Source: Eledone cirrhosa
Lineage: Eukaryota
Direction: 5' to 3'
Length of the DNA stretch: 64,000 nucleotides
Assembly (NCBI GenBank): GCA_964016885.1
Contig: OZ024745.1
Coordinates: forward strand, 59,024,001 to 59,088,000
Shown here: in pieces, positions 35,971 through 50,558 of the stretch
Layout of the letters: every line of letters starts with the position of its first letter
How positions within the stretch are numbered: the stretch's first letter is position 1
Made by a program: the position numbers and the translations under genes
The notes under the pieces: generated by a model
The model's input: the letters and a program-made list of their open reading frames with translations, nothing else
What the model was told of the DNA's origin: nothing
The model's database searches: none

Positions 35971-36999
35971 AATACAAAGTTTGTTATTTTATTAAATCCC
36001 TCCAAATTATTTTCTAAATTAATTGGAGAACTTAAACAGTATCTCTCAACAGAAATATGGTAATGAAAGGATCAATTTTTTTTTTTATATTTGGAAGTAT
36101 ATATATATGTAGTATTGCAGATCCTTGTCAACCCATAACAACCAGGAAAATGGACAAAAAAAAAGGAAAGAAAAAACTTATGATAATGATAATCTGTGAT
36201 ATATATTGAGATTGTGCTGATATGTAATTGGTGAACATACTGTGTTAACAACTAATGGAACAGTAACTGTTAGAGTGATTGCTAGCATCAGATATAATAA
36301 TAATAATAATAATTTCTACTTTTGGCACAAGGCCAGCAATTACCCAGTACATTACTGGTACTGTATTTTATAGACCCCGTAAGGATGAAAGGCAAAGTTA
36401 ACCTCGGCGGGATTTGAACTCAGAATGGCAAGGGCCGTAACTCTATGCGTCAAAGCATGGCGTCCGACCCTCTACCGACGCTGCCAATCCACCACCCTAA
36501 TAATAATAATAATAATATTGTTGGATAATGAAAGTAAATGTTCAGAAAAGGTTTTCGAAACTGGATTTAATGTCATAAAAATAGATATTAAGATAAAATA
36601 GGAGTGAGCAAGTTAAAATGAAAGTATGTATGTCTGTATGAGAAGAGATAAGGTGAGAAGTAGAGAGAGACATAGAAGTACATGCAGTAAATGTAGGTAA
36701 GAAGCCAATGACTTACTTTTTGGCTGATTTTCAAGTATAATTTTTAATGTTTCATATTTCTCATTCGTTTTGTTTATGTCAGTAATACCCATGATAAATG
36801 TATGAACATAATAGAATTTCATTTCACTCTTCCCCTATTAAACAAAGACAATACTAATTATTTAATTAATAATTCACTACAAAGTGATTTGGATGATTTA
36901 AAAAGTAATGAAGGTACCTCCACTTTTTTTTAATAAACTTATAATTTAGTCTCTCTGTGAAAAGTAAACAAAATTTGTGATGTTAATATGCATAATTTG

Positions 37000-37335
37000 T
37001 GAAGCCTGGATGAACTGAGAGAAAAATTGGGCATATGAGGAATCAAATGCAGTATTCAAAAGTGAAGACTGCACTGGTGTGGACATGTGACACATATGGA
37101 TGATGATCATTGGATGAAAAAGTACCAGGAGTTCCCAGTGGAAGTAAGCTGTAACTGAGGAAGACCAAGGAAAACTTGGGCTAAAGTGATGAAAGTGGAT
37201 CTCAAAATGCTGAACCTCACAGAAATGACAAAGGAATGCAGTAGGTGGAGGGAAATTGTACTGGAAAAGACCCAGTCAACCTATGGAAGCATGGAAGAAT
37301 GAACAAAAAATGATGATGATGATGATGATGATGAA
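37000..37335 (+). mobile_element. Old RTE LINE 3' end
   Basis: DELREKLGI, RLHWCGHV, GRPRKTW, LEKTQS, (GAT)n tail. Confidence 0.82.
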
Positions 37336-38034
37336 GGAGGGGGTGACTGTGTCTAAGTAAAAAAAAATCATGGTTGAAGTTGCAATTACACAATAAAAGT
37401 TATATGGTTGTTAAGGCCAAAATCTACAACAAAAACAGATTTTCTAGAGCCAAGATTAAGCAGTATTCAGCAGGAATTTCATTTCAAATATGTATTATGA
37501 ATACACTTAGATTAATTGACAAGTACCCAAAAAGCAATTGATTATGTATTTATTGACCAACACTGATATTTTCTCTTTAAATTAGTGAATATGAAATGAA
37601 AAAAAGAAAATTTTTTTATTGGAGTTCACATGTCTGATAAGCAGATCAACACTGGAGTCAGGTCCATCACACTGATAAAGACCTCAAGCCACTCATCTGT
37701 GAAACATATGTCATGTTCGATATGCAATAAACACACAAACACACATATATCATCATCGTTGTCGTTTTTAACATCCATTTTTCCTGCTAGCAAGGGTTGG
37801 ACAGGTCTACATAGTCCAAGTCAGTACAGAAGCGAGCTACTGATCACCCAGAGATGGTCAGGGACCTGCTGTCTCATTTATGTACAGTCTCACATTCTAC
37901 CAAGTGCACAGGAGAGATTGTCATGTCTTTGACACAACTGGAGGTCCGCCCAACCCTTTGTTTGGCAAACTTTCTATAGCTGGATGCCCTTCCTATCCCA
38001 AACCACTTTACAGCATGCACTGGGTGCATTTATC

Positions 38035-38075
<41 letters not shown>

Positions 38076-38459
38076 AGCTTTCAAACACACAATCATTTCA
38101 AATCAGCTGAATAAATTATAACGTATTTTATTTTGAATTTGTTTATTTAATTATGTTGCGTGTTAAAGAGTGATAATAAATGGCATTGAAACCACCAATA
38201 TACAAACACATTAAATGAACAAAACAATGGTGGAATAACAACATAACAGCAGGAGAGTAAATAATTAATAAATTAATGACTTGAAGTAAATTAATTTTCA
38301 GAATTCTGGCAAAATAGATTAAAAAAGAAAAGAGATTTTCTAATTCAATGTTAAATCAAAGACCTGCCATAGACTCAATGCGTGGATTAACAGAATTTTC
38401 ATAAGATGGCATTGGATATACAATGGAGTCACAACCAACAAGCAAATAAACAAACAGGT

Positions 38460-39110
38460 GAAATATGTCTTCTTCATTGCCCAGCAGGTCCTGACAGAAG
38501 CAACTGTCTCCATTTGATCCATCAGTATCCCAGACTGAGCTCATGGATATTTTCAAACCACATTGCTCGAGGTCTACACCTGGGTCTTCTGCCAGTTGGT
38601 TTTGCTTGTAAAATCTGCTCTTTGATTCTTCTCTTACACATTCTGACCACATGTCCGTAATATCAGAGCTGTTATCTCTCAATTCAGAGAAGTAGTGGCT
38701 CTGCCTGGGGCAACTCTCTGATCTCAGAGCTACACACTCATTCAAGTAATGTTACTCCAAAGACTCTTCGAAGAAAATTTATTTCATCTGCTTGTATTTG
38801 CGATAGTATTCTATCAGTCATTATTCAAGATTCCTGACCATAGGTAATACTGAATCATCGAAGATAGTGAGTTTAGTTTTTACACCTACCTACCTTCTTC
38901 TAATGACTGAGTGCTGAAGCTGGCACATTATTTAATGAGCTTATGCAAATCTTGCATTTAATTAAGCTTCCTACCTTCCATCATTCATGAAAATGTCCCT
39001 GAGATACTTAAACTTCTCCATCTACTTTAGTGTAACTCCACTCACACGTGAAGTACACTACACAGGCTTTCTCTAGAGTATGAATGTGTTAGTCTTTACA
39101 GCACTGAGTC
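38460..39110 (-). mobile_element. RTE-like LINE relic
   Basis: MEKFKYL.., homology to 35500-35970 and 27600-27980. Confidence 0.7.
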
Positions 39111-39599
39111 AGTGGGATGACATCAGTGTTTGAAAAGCTGTTTACATTATGATACATTTTCAATAATAATATTTCCATCAATATGCAGAACAGTTAGATG
39201 GCCAAATGGTGTAGATTTGGATTACTTGCTCTTGGGACACAAGTAAAAATTTATTGCTGACATTTCATTGTGTTCTGAGCAGAATAGTTTGCTCTAGCTG
39301 CCAAGAAGCAGTACCAAGATTAATCTTGTCTCAGACTCTGTCTGACCAAAGTTCATCAATTGTCACAGTTTGCTTTGCTATTGGTTTCAGTCTGTACATG
39401 AGTGACAGTTAGTGTGCAACATTAAATTTTTTTATGTACACATCATTCACTACAACATGGATATCTTCCTTGGACACAAGGATTTCTCATTAGTAAGAAC
39501 TGAAGAAAGTGAATACGTCGAACATTGATACAATGCTAGACATCAACAGTTATGCAATGTTCAGTAACATAGATCATATTAAGATATTTACATAATGGT

Positions 39600-39812
39600 T
39601 TAACTCTTAACATCCTGTAATGATTTAGTAGAAAATATCTAAAATCAGGTTTGTTAATTCAAAAATTTATAGTATCTCTATTAGTGGAGAGATTGTTGCA
39701 AAAATTTGCAATATTAGAGTTAAGACTTCAATTTTTAATATGATGCTTCCATTCATAGTAATGTTTTATAATCTTAATGCAGTCTCTTGCAGTAGAGGAT
39801 GTTAAGATTTAA
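39600..39812. mobile_element. TTAA-flanked MITE; second copy at ~51030-51225
   Basis: TTAACTCTTAACATCCT ... AGGATGTTAAGATTTAA terminal inverted repeats. Confidence 0.6.
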
Positions 39813-40146
39813 TGATAACATTCAACAAACTAGATTATACAAAGACAAAACTAGATTGTCATGGTAAAACTGTATAAGTAGTTTACTGAGGGCATTCAGT
39901 AACCCAAAATTATGTCAAGTATAATTATATAACAGTTAATCAGAGTATTCAATAAACCAAAATTATGTCAAGATATCCTGTAAGGTGGTAGTGTTGGTGT
40001 CATGATAAAATGTTTCCAGTAAATGCTGTAAAGTGGTTGGCGTTTTGGAAGAGCATCCAGCCTTAAAAACCATGCTCCCAGTACATGCAGTGAAGTGAAT
40101 TTGCATTAGGAAGGGCATCCAGCTGTAGAAACCAAGCCAAATTGAA

Positions 40147-40187
<41 letters not shown>

Positions 40188-42879
40188 AGTTATTGTTTGT
40201 TGGACCTCAGGCATTCCCAGTAATGAGTGCTCCAGTTGCTTTAATCAACAGAACTGCCTGCTCATGAAATTAACATAAGTGGCTGAGCATTCTACAGATA
40301 TGCACCCTTAACATAAATCTCAGGGAAATTCAGTGATACAATATGTGACAAAGCCAAACCCCTTGAATTACAGTGGTGGGCTCATGATTGTAAAGTTGGG
40401 AGTTGGATTTCCAGGCCGAACAGTGCATAGTGTCTTAAGCAAGACACTTTATTTCATGTTGCTTTAGTTTACTTATATCATCATCATTTTATGTCCGCTT
40501 TTCCCTGCTTGCAAGGGTGGGATAGGAACTCATTCTGGCTTGATTTCTACAGTTGGATGCCCTTCCTAACACCAACCTCATTTACAGTGAGTGCTGGGTG
40601 CTTTTTTTTTGCCGTGGAATGATATGGACCCCAGTCCCTATCATCTCATTTCTACAGCTGAGTAAACTGGAGCAATGTGAAATAACGTGTCTCGCTCAAG
40701 GAAACAACACATCACCCAGTCTGAGAATTGAACTCACAACCTTTCGATTGCAAGGCCAATGCTCTAACCACTAAGCCATGTATATATATATAAAAACAAA
40801 CATCATGTGTGAAGCTTGAATTTTTTAACTTATTAACAGATTTATAAATAGATTTATAAGAAGATATAAGAAGTTCAGACGCAGACAATAACTGCAATTA
40901 CAGGCTGTTGTTATAAATTAACTTATAAAAATCTGGTAAAGACCTCTAGAGATGGAAAACTGTTGCCAGTGGCCACTAAGATGAAGCGAACTCTAGGTGC
41001 TCTAACCATTGAGCTATATATATATGAAGTGTTTGTGGTACAGAGACAAAGAAGATCACAGATGAAAGTAGTACTCAATACATGTTTAGATTCTAAGTTG
41101 GTAAAATAATTAGTAAAATCAAAATGGAGGCCAGCAGAATTAAAAGTAAATACAATTGTAGGATGCTTCAATAATTTCTCAACTTCACAAACGATGAAAA
41201 AAGAATACAAGACCAAAATTCCCCTCCCCATTTCAATGTAAGTAAAAAAATGAAAATAAATAAAAATAATATAATTTTGTATAAGTTCTATTTTATCATT
41301 CTTTACACTTTACAACACTAAATTCTTAAACAAGTTTTTTTATTTATCAATTTATTATAATGTTAAAAAGATCCCATAACACCTTGTGGAGTCTTAGAGG
41401 CACCGTCATATGGTGTGTCTAGGGTATTTTTAAACCTGGCAGAGCCCAACTCTCTCCAGGTCTTATTTTTCCTATAGACTCCAGTATTCAACTGGTACTT
41501 TTTTTTTATCGACCTCAAAAGAATGAAAGACAAAGTTCACCCTGGCGGGATTTGAGCTGAGAGCGCACAATGAGGTGGGACAAATACCGTAAAGCATTCT
41601 ATCCGACATCTTAACAACTCTGCCAATTCGCCACCTATATTATAATGTTATAGAATTTTATCCTAAGATTTCAGAGAGCAAAAGGAATGTAATTAATTGA
41701 ATGGAACCTCGTGTATTACTGCTACTTACGTTTAAAATCTTTTTATCAAGATTTAACTTTTCTTGTATGAAACAATAAAAACAGGATTAGAAGAATAAAA
41801 ACAAAAAACAAAACTAATTGAATAATCCAATATCAGAATTAATAATAGAACCATGGACAAACAGAAAGAAAGTTGGCAAATAGCTTAATAATAGATAATA
41901 TAATGAAAAGAATAAAATAGTAGTAAATGTGAACTGGGGTATTAATATGATGCTGATGATGATGATGATAGTGTGTGTGTAAATCAGATGTTTGCCAACA
42001 TCTATTGATAAATCTACAGATTATGTTTTCTTATATTCTGCTATACTTGCAAGGTCTAGCCTCAGCATGCAGTGGAACAAGACTCCATTGATATTTTCTA
42101 CCAGAAGCAAACTTACTGCCAAGCCACACTAGGCCATCACTATCATGGACTCTTTCTAATGTTAACTAAGCACCTCAATCCCTGCAACATTTATTTCTAA
42201 ACAGCCAACTAAACTAAGGTATATAGAAACTAGTGCTTCACCAAAAGACACAACACTTGTAATAGATACTAACTTATGAACTATAAACAGCTGACCTAAC
42301 AAGTAAGTAACCTTATTTTCATGCATCACAGTTATACACATTTCATGTATTACAATTATTTACATGACAGCTAAGAAACTAAGAAAATCTAAAAAATAAT
42401 CTGAAATGTTGCTTGCTGGTGAGTATGCCAAGAAAGGTATCAACAAATTATTGACATCAAGCTAACTGAAACTTCAAGGCTGTCCAACTCAACAAATCAC
42501 CCCTGAAAAGATATTTCTTTAACTATAATAATTGTTTCTACTTTTGGCACAATGCCAGCAAATACCTCAGTGTATTACTGGTGCTTTGTTTTACCGACTC
42601 CCGTAAAGATGAAAGGCAAAGTTAACCTCAGCGGGATTTGAACTCAGAATGTAAAAGGCCATAACTCTCTGCTGCAAAGCATGGTGACTGGTGCTGAACC
42701 GATACTGCCAATCTACTTAATGATTTCTAATCTAGCCGCAAGGCTTGCAATTTGTGGGGGAGGGACAGTCAAGTTATATCAACCCCAGTATTTGACTCGT
42801 ACTACATTTTATTGATCCTAGATAGATGAAAGGCAAAGTTGATTTCAATGGGATGAGCTCAATGAATCTCGTCGTTCCT

Positions 42880-43075
42880 CTGTTGTCAAGCATTACCATT
42901 GATGGCACTCTTCTGAGAAACACAGAGTTTCAAATATTTGGGCCACATAAGCAAATTAGAGAAAAAAAATCTATATAGAAAAAATGAAATTTAAAACACT
43001 TTGCACCAAAGGTCTGCAGCATAAGAATGTTTGCCTTTCAACCAAATTCAAGATCTATAATAATTGTGTATTTGC
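42880..43075 (+). mobile_element. BovB/RTE-like RT C-terminal relic
   Basis: SITIDGTLL, FKYLG, QHKNVCLSTKFKIYN. Confidence 0.6.
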
Positions 43076-43189
43076 AGTCCCTATAGCATAACTTAGTACC
43101 TTATACTATGGATGCATCAATTTAACATGATAATATGGTCTCTGCAGTCTAAAGCATAACCATATTTTTAACCAGTGAAGTCTAAAACA

Positions 43190-43540
43190 AAGCCTGCTTT
43201 ATAAGTATGCAACTGAAGGTCATCAAGGATCACTGTAGATAAAAACATACATGTTGAAGAAAAAAAGAATTTTAAAAAAGTGAGTGAATTGCAGCCAAAA
43301 CAAGAACTAACCCCCAAAGAAGAGATTTGATGACACCTCTAAGATTAATATCAATATGGAACCACTGAAGACAGGACTTTTTGGAATACATACACCAGGA
43401 AAACAGCAAAAAAAAACAAAGCTGATCACTGCTGGTGATTGATAAATTCACAGTATATCTAACAGGATTACTTCCCTGACTTATGACAAGTTTTCCATGC
43501 TTCTATTACATTTGCAGTCACCAGTGGTCAACAAACTTCG
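43190..43540 (+). mobile_element. Possible Gypsy integrase relic
   Basis: Decayed EGHQG and LLVIDKFT motifs. Confidence 0.4.
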
Positions 43541-43673
43541 ATTTCCATATTCAGATGAATGCATACTACATCACCTACCTTTATTCAGAAAGACAACCTA
43601 GGAAAATAAATATTTATAAAGTAAATACACTAAATTTTCATATTACACCAACCTAATAAAGAAATAAAGAAAT

Positions 43674-43889
43674 TTAACACTTTGGCATTTACATTACTCA
43701 ATATTTACTATTGTATTTTCATGGTAAAGGCTTTATCTCACATAATATTAAATCTATGAGATTTTGAGGTCATTTATTTTGAAAATAATACCTTAACATC
43801 AGTATGAGTGGCCAGTTATGGATGGTTTAAACAGAAAGAGGTAAGAGAATTCTGACAAGATACGGCCAGTTTAAATGCTAAAGGGTTAA
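43674..43889. mobile_element. piggyBac-like MITE
   Basis: TTAACACTTTGGCATTTA ... TAAATGCTAAAGGGTTAA. Confidence 0.75.
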
Positions 43890-44084
43890 TATTTCATTGA
43901 GAATTTATTAGATATCTTATGGTTTAAAAAAAATTTCATAAAGTATTGAAGCATGTTGAGTTATTAAGATAGAGGTGTGACAGCTTATTGGCTGTAAAGG
44001 TGAATAATTTGTATTTAGTCACTGACAAAGTCATTTAACTCTCAATGACTTGGTTCTTTTATAATTAAAGAGATTGGAAAGTTT

Positions 44085-44580
44085 CTTCAGTTGTGTCAAA
44101 GACATAACAATCTCTATAGTGCTCATGATCTACACAAGAAACACACCCAGTACACACTGTAAAGTGGTTGGTGATAGGAAGGGCATCCAGTCATAGAAAG
44201 CTTGCCAAACAAAGAGTCAGAAGGACTCTCCAATGTGTCAAAAACATAATCTCCCTAGTGTTGGTGATTTACACGATAAATGTACGCAGTACACGCTGTA
44301 ATGATAGGAAGAGCATCCAACTGTAAAAAAACTTGCCAAACAAAGAACCAGAAGGACTGTTCAGCTGTGTCAAAGACATGATAACCTTAGTGCAGGTTCC
44401 ACAATAAAATGCATTCAGTAGAGTGTGGGAATGCATGATTGGAAGATATAGCCCCCCCCCCCACCCACCCTGAGAGGTCTGTAGCGCTATTTGAGTACTG
44501 ACTCAGTCTGTGAAGAGCCATACAACCTTTGCTAGTCCGAAAGACAAACATTGAATGATGATGATGGTGGTGGCTTACCA
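44085..44580 (+). repeat. SINE-tail element with ~140-bp tandem modules; related copies at ~18150-18400, 37760-38035(-), 51330-51940
   Basis: Repeated GTGTCAAAGACAT..GTGTTGGTGAT..CAGTACAC..GGAAGGGCATCCA..GCCAAACAAAG. Confidence 0.65.
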
Positions 44581-45959
44581 TTGCAAGCAACAGAGCTACT
44601 GTACAATAATGAATGCTTCATCAGTACCATGTTAAAATGTCTGTATAAGCTACTGAAGAGGGAAGATGGATACCAGTTGTAGTATCAATATCTAAGACAG
44701 GCCAAAATTAATGTATTAACAACTTCACCTGGTGTTATGAAATTTAAAAAAAAAAAAATTAAGATTAGAATTCCTAAAGATGATTATTTTTCTTCTTCTT
44801 TCAGTTATTCCTAGAATATATAACCATTTCCTTTACACCTTCCTCTTTCACTCCTCAAGAAAATATTCATCTATGTGAAATCTAGGTTTTTGGTGAAAGA
44901 ATTTCTTGATTATGTATATTAACCAGGTGCATAAGTATATGTGGGGGTAAGGATGGGTGGGTGGGTGCAGATGTGAGAAAGGGTTAATAGTTAAAATTGA
45001 CAAACAAATGTTTGTCATAAATAAAATTGGTTGGGATGGAGGAAAGACAGGGTGATGAAAGTGTGGTAACTTATTTTACAAAAAAAAAAAAAAAGTTTTA
45101 AAAACTGAAATTGAATTTGATAAATTAAAATTAAAATTATAAACTTATTTATTTCTTTTCATAAATCAACTTGAATCTTCATTTCAATTTTATTTACATG
45201 AAATTTTAAATCAGACTTCAAATTTTGAAGTAAAAAGAGAAAGTTTTCATAAATCAGTTTTTCATATTTTTTTTATTTCCTCCTTTGTGCTTTGCTATAT
45301 GAAAATATGTCAGTTTTATCATTTTGAAATTGAAATTTCAAAACAAGAGTAAAAAAAAATATATATATAAAAAAGAAATTAAGACTCATCTCTGATATTG
45401 AATTAAATACCAGAATATGATTGTTGTGAAAATCATTTCGTACTTTAGTGTCTTATTTCAATTCTGTGTTGTTCAATTACATTGTTATCACAACTCTTTT
45501 TATTATTTAAATCATCTTCACTGATTTGCCTTATACTATGTATTTTGTATTTAGGTGTATGTGGTTGGATATAGTAAGGAAGAATAAAGACAAATAATTA
45601 TTTTGTTTTGTTTTTTAATTCAGGTTTATATTTTATAGAAATATAAAAATATTTAGACAAAAAACAAAAAAAAAAGGGTGGAGGTTAAGAAAACAAGCAA
45701 ATCCACTTCTGGTGTAATTTAACATATAGTTAGCACTCTTTCTTACAAAATAGTAGTAATAATAATAATAATTAAGACAGACTCACACAAAATGTGTAGA
45801 AGGGAAATAATAATTCTACATAATCCTGCTAAATATCACTTTGTTAAAAATTATAAACCACTAATAAATGCTGAAACAAATAAATCAACTCTCAGGGCAA
45901 TTTAGACATAGTTAGCTCTTTCGTTTTGTATAAATAAATAGAAACAAACATATGCAAAA

Positions 45960-46640
45960 TGTGCTTATTAATTATGCCTCACCAGTCATTTCCAAACATA
46001 TCCAAATCATCTACTTACAAAGCCACTATTAACACCTCCATATATTAAACCAAAAAAAGAAATGTAACTTTCTTCAGAAATTTGCTAGCAATTCAGAAAC
46101 AAGACCCCTGTGAAAGTTGAAACTAATACTTAGAGAGCTTGCAACTTCTAAGCCACGACTACATCTTTCAACCCTAAATGGGCAAAAAATGCAAGAATAA
46201 CTGTATTAGGGACATCTTCACCAACAGCTTGCATTCTAGCTGTATTCCTCAATAACTACTTGAACTCAAGTCCCTTATCCTAAAAGCCATATGTCAGAAC
46301 ACTAGAAATCACACAAAAACTGTTGGAATCCTACATGAACTGCTACCCAATGAAAAGGAAGAATTGATGCCAAACTCAGATCTTACAATCAAAGTTTCTT
46401 TAGGGATTAAATGTTTCTTTTGCTGCATCATCAGGCACCTCAGAAATGTCTGGACAAAGATGCAAGATGCAGCATATCTATTAAAATTGGACACTATGCC
46501 AAAGTTTGCAGACCTAGCAAGAAACCTACATCAGCTACAATCTTTATTGCAACCATATATGCTGCTTCTCCATCTTGCCAATCAAGAACTGTAGCAGAGA
46601 TTAAAATTAACAGCAAGACACTGGAAGCCCTTTTTGTAGT
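45960..46640 (+). mobile_element. Ty3/Gypsy gag-protease relic
   Basis: LLAIQKQDPCES..YLESLQLLS, IRDIFT, zinc knuckles KCFFC..H and DARC...KIGHYAKVCR, then IKINSKTLEAL; multiple stops. Confidence 0.75.
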
Positions 46641-47337
46641 CACTCCTATCCAATAACAAGATCAATTTATTAATTTATATTGATATGGTTAGGCTTCTGC
46701 CTGTGACTGGTACCATGTAAGCCAGTAGAACCTGCTTCATGATTGAGTGGTTGGAGACTAAACAGACTGCCCCACCAGATCCTGGTCTGATGAGGAGAGT
46801 AAGTGGAACCCTAGCTGCACAAAAATCAAGAGCTGTTAACAGGGCAGATGAACTCCTCAGAGTCAATGGTCATCCACCCCAACTATGGGTTAAATAACCT
46901 CATCAACCTGTAATTGGCAAAGCATGGTGAGTATGGCTACACCCTTGACATGCCCCCAAAATTGGAAAGTGGTGGAGGTAAACCAGGGAGGGGTTCCAGG
47001 AGAAGGCCCTGGAGTGATTGAATGGATTGATCACTGTCTCATGGTCATGTTATAAATGGTATTACTCTTGGATTTCACAAAATCCCACAATATCCTTTAT
47101 TGTTCTTGTAAATTTGTGCTCAGATGTTATAACAACTTTTCACAGTATTAGAATATTATGTACAGCCGTCAGTGAGACTCTACAAGAGTGGATGGACCAT
47201 CATTAATGGAGGTCTCTAAAATATGGATATTTAATCCCAAGCTGGCTGGCTGGTTAACCTTAGCACAGTTCTGAATATCTATATGTTCACCTCCAAAATG
47301 ATTGACAAACATCAGCCTCACTTAGACACTTAAACCC

Positions 47338-47340
<3 letters not shown>

Positions 47341-47413
<73 letters not shown>
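47341..47413. repeat. (TA)n microsatellite
   Basis: Pure TA run; others at 9641-9753, 10119-10151, 48371-48428. Confidence 0.95.
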
Positions 47414-47416
<3 letters not shown>

Positions 47417-48369
47417 CAACTGTGTGTTTGTTTATTTGTGTCTTCATTTTGCATTTGACATCAATCATGCAGGTGATGACATTCGTTTGTGTTCCCACTT
47501 AAACAGAAACCCTATGACACAGTAACTATAAATGCAGAGACCTGTACCTTACTTTTAAAAATAATCTGAGAGTTGGCATCAAGATGTAGAATTCTGCCTA
47601 AAAAAAAAAGTCTTGTTCAATGCTAGCATGGAAAAAAGGGCATGAAAATGATGATAATGATGATGAAATAATTAGCAAATATAAATTACCTTTTCCTCTG
47701 GATAATCTACATAAGATAAGCTAATCTCTTAATAATTTACTATCTGGTAATTAAAAGAAAAACAACAAATACAAATACATGCAACCACTAATCCAGTTTA
47801 GTTAAACTTTTGTAGCTTACTGGATTACACTGAGGTGCTGAATATTTTTTAAAGAATGCAGCATATAAAAGTATATACATGGTTAGGTGTAATACAATAT
47901 TTTAAATTAAAAGAATGACCTTCAGAGATATCACATAATATATATGAACAGATTTTCATATTTAGGAACTATTAGCATTCTTTCAGACTGGCTGCTGTAG
48001 TATGAATAAACTATGTTGTATGAATAGACTAGTTGATGTTGTACAAATAAACTGTGTAACTTTGGATAACACAACACACAATCAAAACAAACTATGTCTA
48101 GCAAAATATTATAAGAAAATGGTGGATGAAAACAACCTGGGAAAACAAAAAAAAACAACATCATCAAAATGTAAGACAGTTTAATATTCACAGAAAAATG
48201 ATAGAAATAGAAACATTTTAAAAAATGCACATGCACACACAATCAGCATACATAAATTACATACACACATACATGATAAAATAAATATACTTAACAAAAA
48301 CAAACAGATGGATATATATTGGAAAGATAAACTTTTCCAATATAGAGAAATATTAAAGATATCTTTGTA

Positions 48370-48429
<60 letters not shown>

Positions 48430-48868
48430 CAAAACAAAGTAAATAATTATTGGTAAACACATGAAATGTTTATAAACTTAATTAGAAACTTAATTTAAAT
48501 TTTTTTTTAAATGGAGATATAAAATTTGTTATACACTTCTGAATGATATTAACAAGATACCATCTTGCCAAGAGATAATAGGATGCTTAGGTAATTTAAT
48601 ATAATGGACATTGGTCTATTGCTGGAGAACATTTAAACTGAAATGATATTGAATATGTTTGTATGGCAGTTATGTCCCAATGTGCACTGGATTGAATGGT
48701 ATCAATCTTAATGTACTGAAACCAGAGCCTTTTCTAAATGTTGTCTGAGAGGATAGGACCATGTCTTTCCATTGTTTTTTCCATTGTCTTTGTCCTGGGT
48801 GCTCCCTATTTTGAATTCATATTCTAATGACTTAGCCATGCAGGCGTTTTTTAAAACTATATATATAT

Positions 48869-49258
48869 GGAGGCACATGGCTTAGTGGTTAGAGCATTGG
48901 CCTTGCAATAGAAAGTTGTGAGTTCAATTCTCAGACTGGGTGATGTGTTGTTTCCTTGAGCAAGACACTTTATTTCACATTGCTCCAGTTTACTCAGCTA
49001 TAGAAATGAGATGATAGGGACTGGGGTCCCTATCATTCCACTGCAAAGTGGTCGTGGAGGTGCCACGGCAAAAAAGCACCCAGCCCACACTGTAAAGTGG
49101 ACGTGTAGGCGCCACGGAAAAAAAAGCACCCAGTACTCACTGTAAATGAGGTTGGTGTTAGGAAGGGCATCCAGCTGTAGAAATCAAGCCAGAATCAGTT
49201 CCCGTCCCACCCTTGCAAGCAAGGAAAAGCGGACGTAAAATGATGATGATGATGATGA
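48869..49258 (+). mobile_element. Full-length tRNA-derived SINE family B
   Basis: A-box TGGCTTAGTGG, B-box GAGTTCAATTC, V-like CCTTGAGCAAGACACTTTATTTCAC, 48-bp modules, RTE-like tail ending (GAT)n; inserted in TA. Confidence 0.9.
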
Positions 49259-50558
49259 TATATATATCATCATCATATATATATATATATCATCATCATC
49301 ATATATATATATATATATTCCTCTTTATTATGACAAAGTAGTGAGTCTTGTTACTCGGGAGATTCACTTGCACACTCGCAGGATCATCAGAGAAGACTAT
49401 ATTTTCAATAGCAGAGGCAGTACAAATGAGGGAAGACTTAGTTTGGTGGTGGGGGAGGGAGGTAGAAGGAGGGAAGAGATACTGAAAAAAGGAGGATTTA
49501 CTTTAAAAAAAAAAAAAGGAACTAGTATGATAAAAACAGAATGTTAAGAATGGTGGTGGCAGTAGGAGAAACTAGGGCTATGTGAAGGTGTTAGCGGACA
49601 TGTTATAGATAGCTAAATGAAGCTATATTAAATAGAAACAAGCAAGAAAAAAGCATATTCTATAATGTAAAATCAAGCTTTGTAAATGCATGACATTATT
49701 TTACATATAAAGAAATTCATTGAAATAAATAAAACTTAGTTATTTTTTACTTAGAATTCAATGAAATCAATAAAACTACAATCAGTTGTTTCTATGATCT
49801 ATTCTTTCATTCTCAACAGTTAAAGACAAAACAAAGAAACAAAAAACAAAAAAAAAATAAAATCACAAAACATGATTACTATTTAGTACTATAGCAAATA
49901 TTTGGAACCAATCATCATCAACCCTTCCATACCTTGTTTGAAGAGTAATCATTTCATCAGTAATATAGCACCACATTGAATTATATACATATATATATAT
50001 ATGTATTATGGAAATATTAACAAAAAAAAAAAAAATTGAACTTTTATTTGGTTTAGATGTCTTGGTTAGAAAATTTCCAAGTACAGAGTTATTGTTTCAA
50101 AGCTCCACATGTCTATAGCAGTAAAATCACAAATCTGAAGATAAAAACTAATGCAATGTCTTATGTTTACTAGTGAAGGAGAGTGGTCTAGTGGTTAGGG
50201 TGTTGGGCTTACAATCAATGTCATTGCTTTGATTCCTGGACCGGGTTGTGTGGTTGTGTTTGTGAGCAAAACACTTCATTTCATGTTAATTTAGTACAGT
50301 CAGGTGAAACTGAGTAGCAGTATAGCGTTATTAGATGGGAGTTAACACTGCAATGGACTTGTGTCTTGTCCAGGAGGAACTCTTGTACACATAGTCACTT
50401 AAGGTTGAGGAAATTTGATAAGCATTGGCTTGATGAGCCTCTGAGCTTGGGATAGACTTTAACTGAGGTTTATTAGGCAACATATACACACATATATATA
50501 TATATATAATGTACGAAGCCAAGTTTTTGGCTTTTTGAAGCGCTGAGTATATATATAA

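Noticed and set aside
48869-48945. tRNA gene
   Set aside because: A and B boxes are present but run into a SINE body with no acceptor stem; this is a SINE head.
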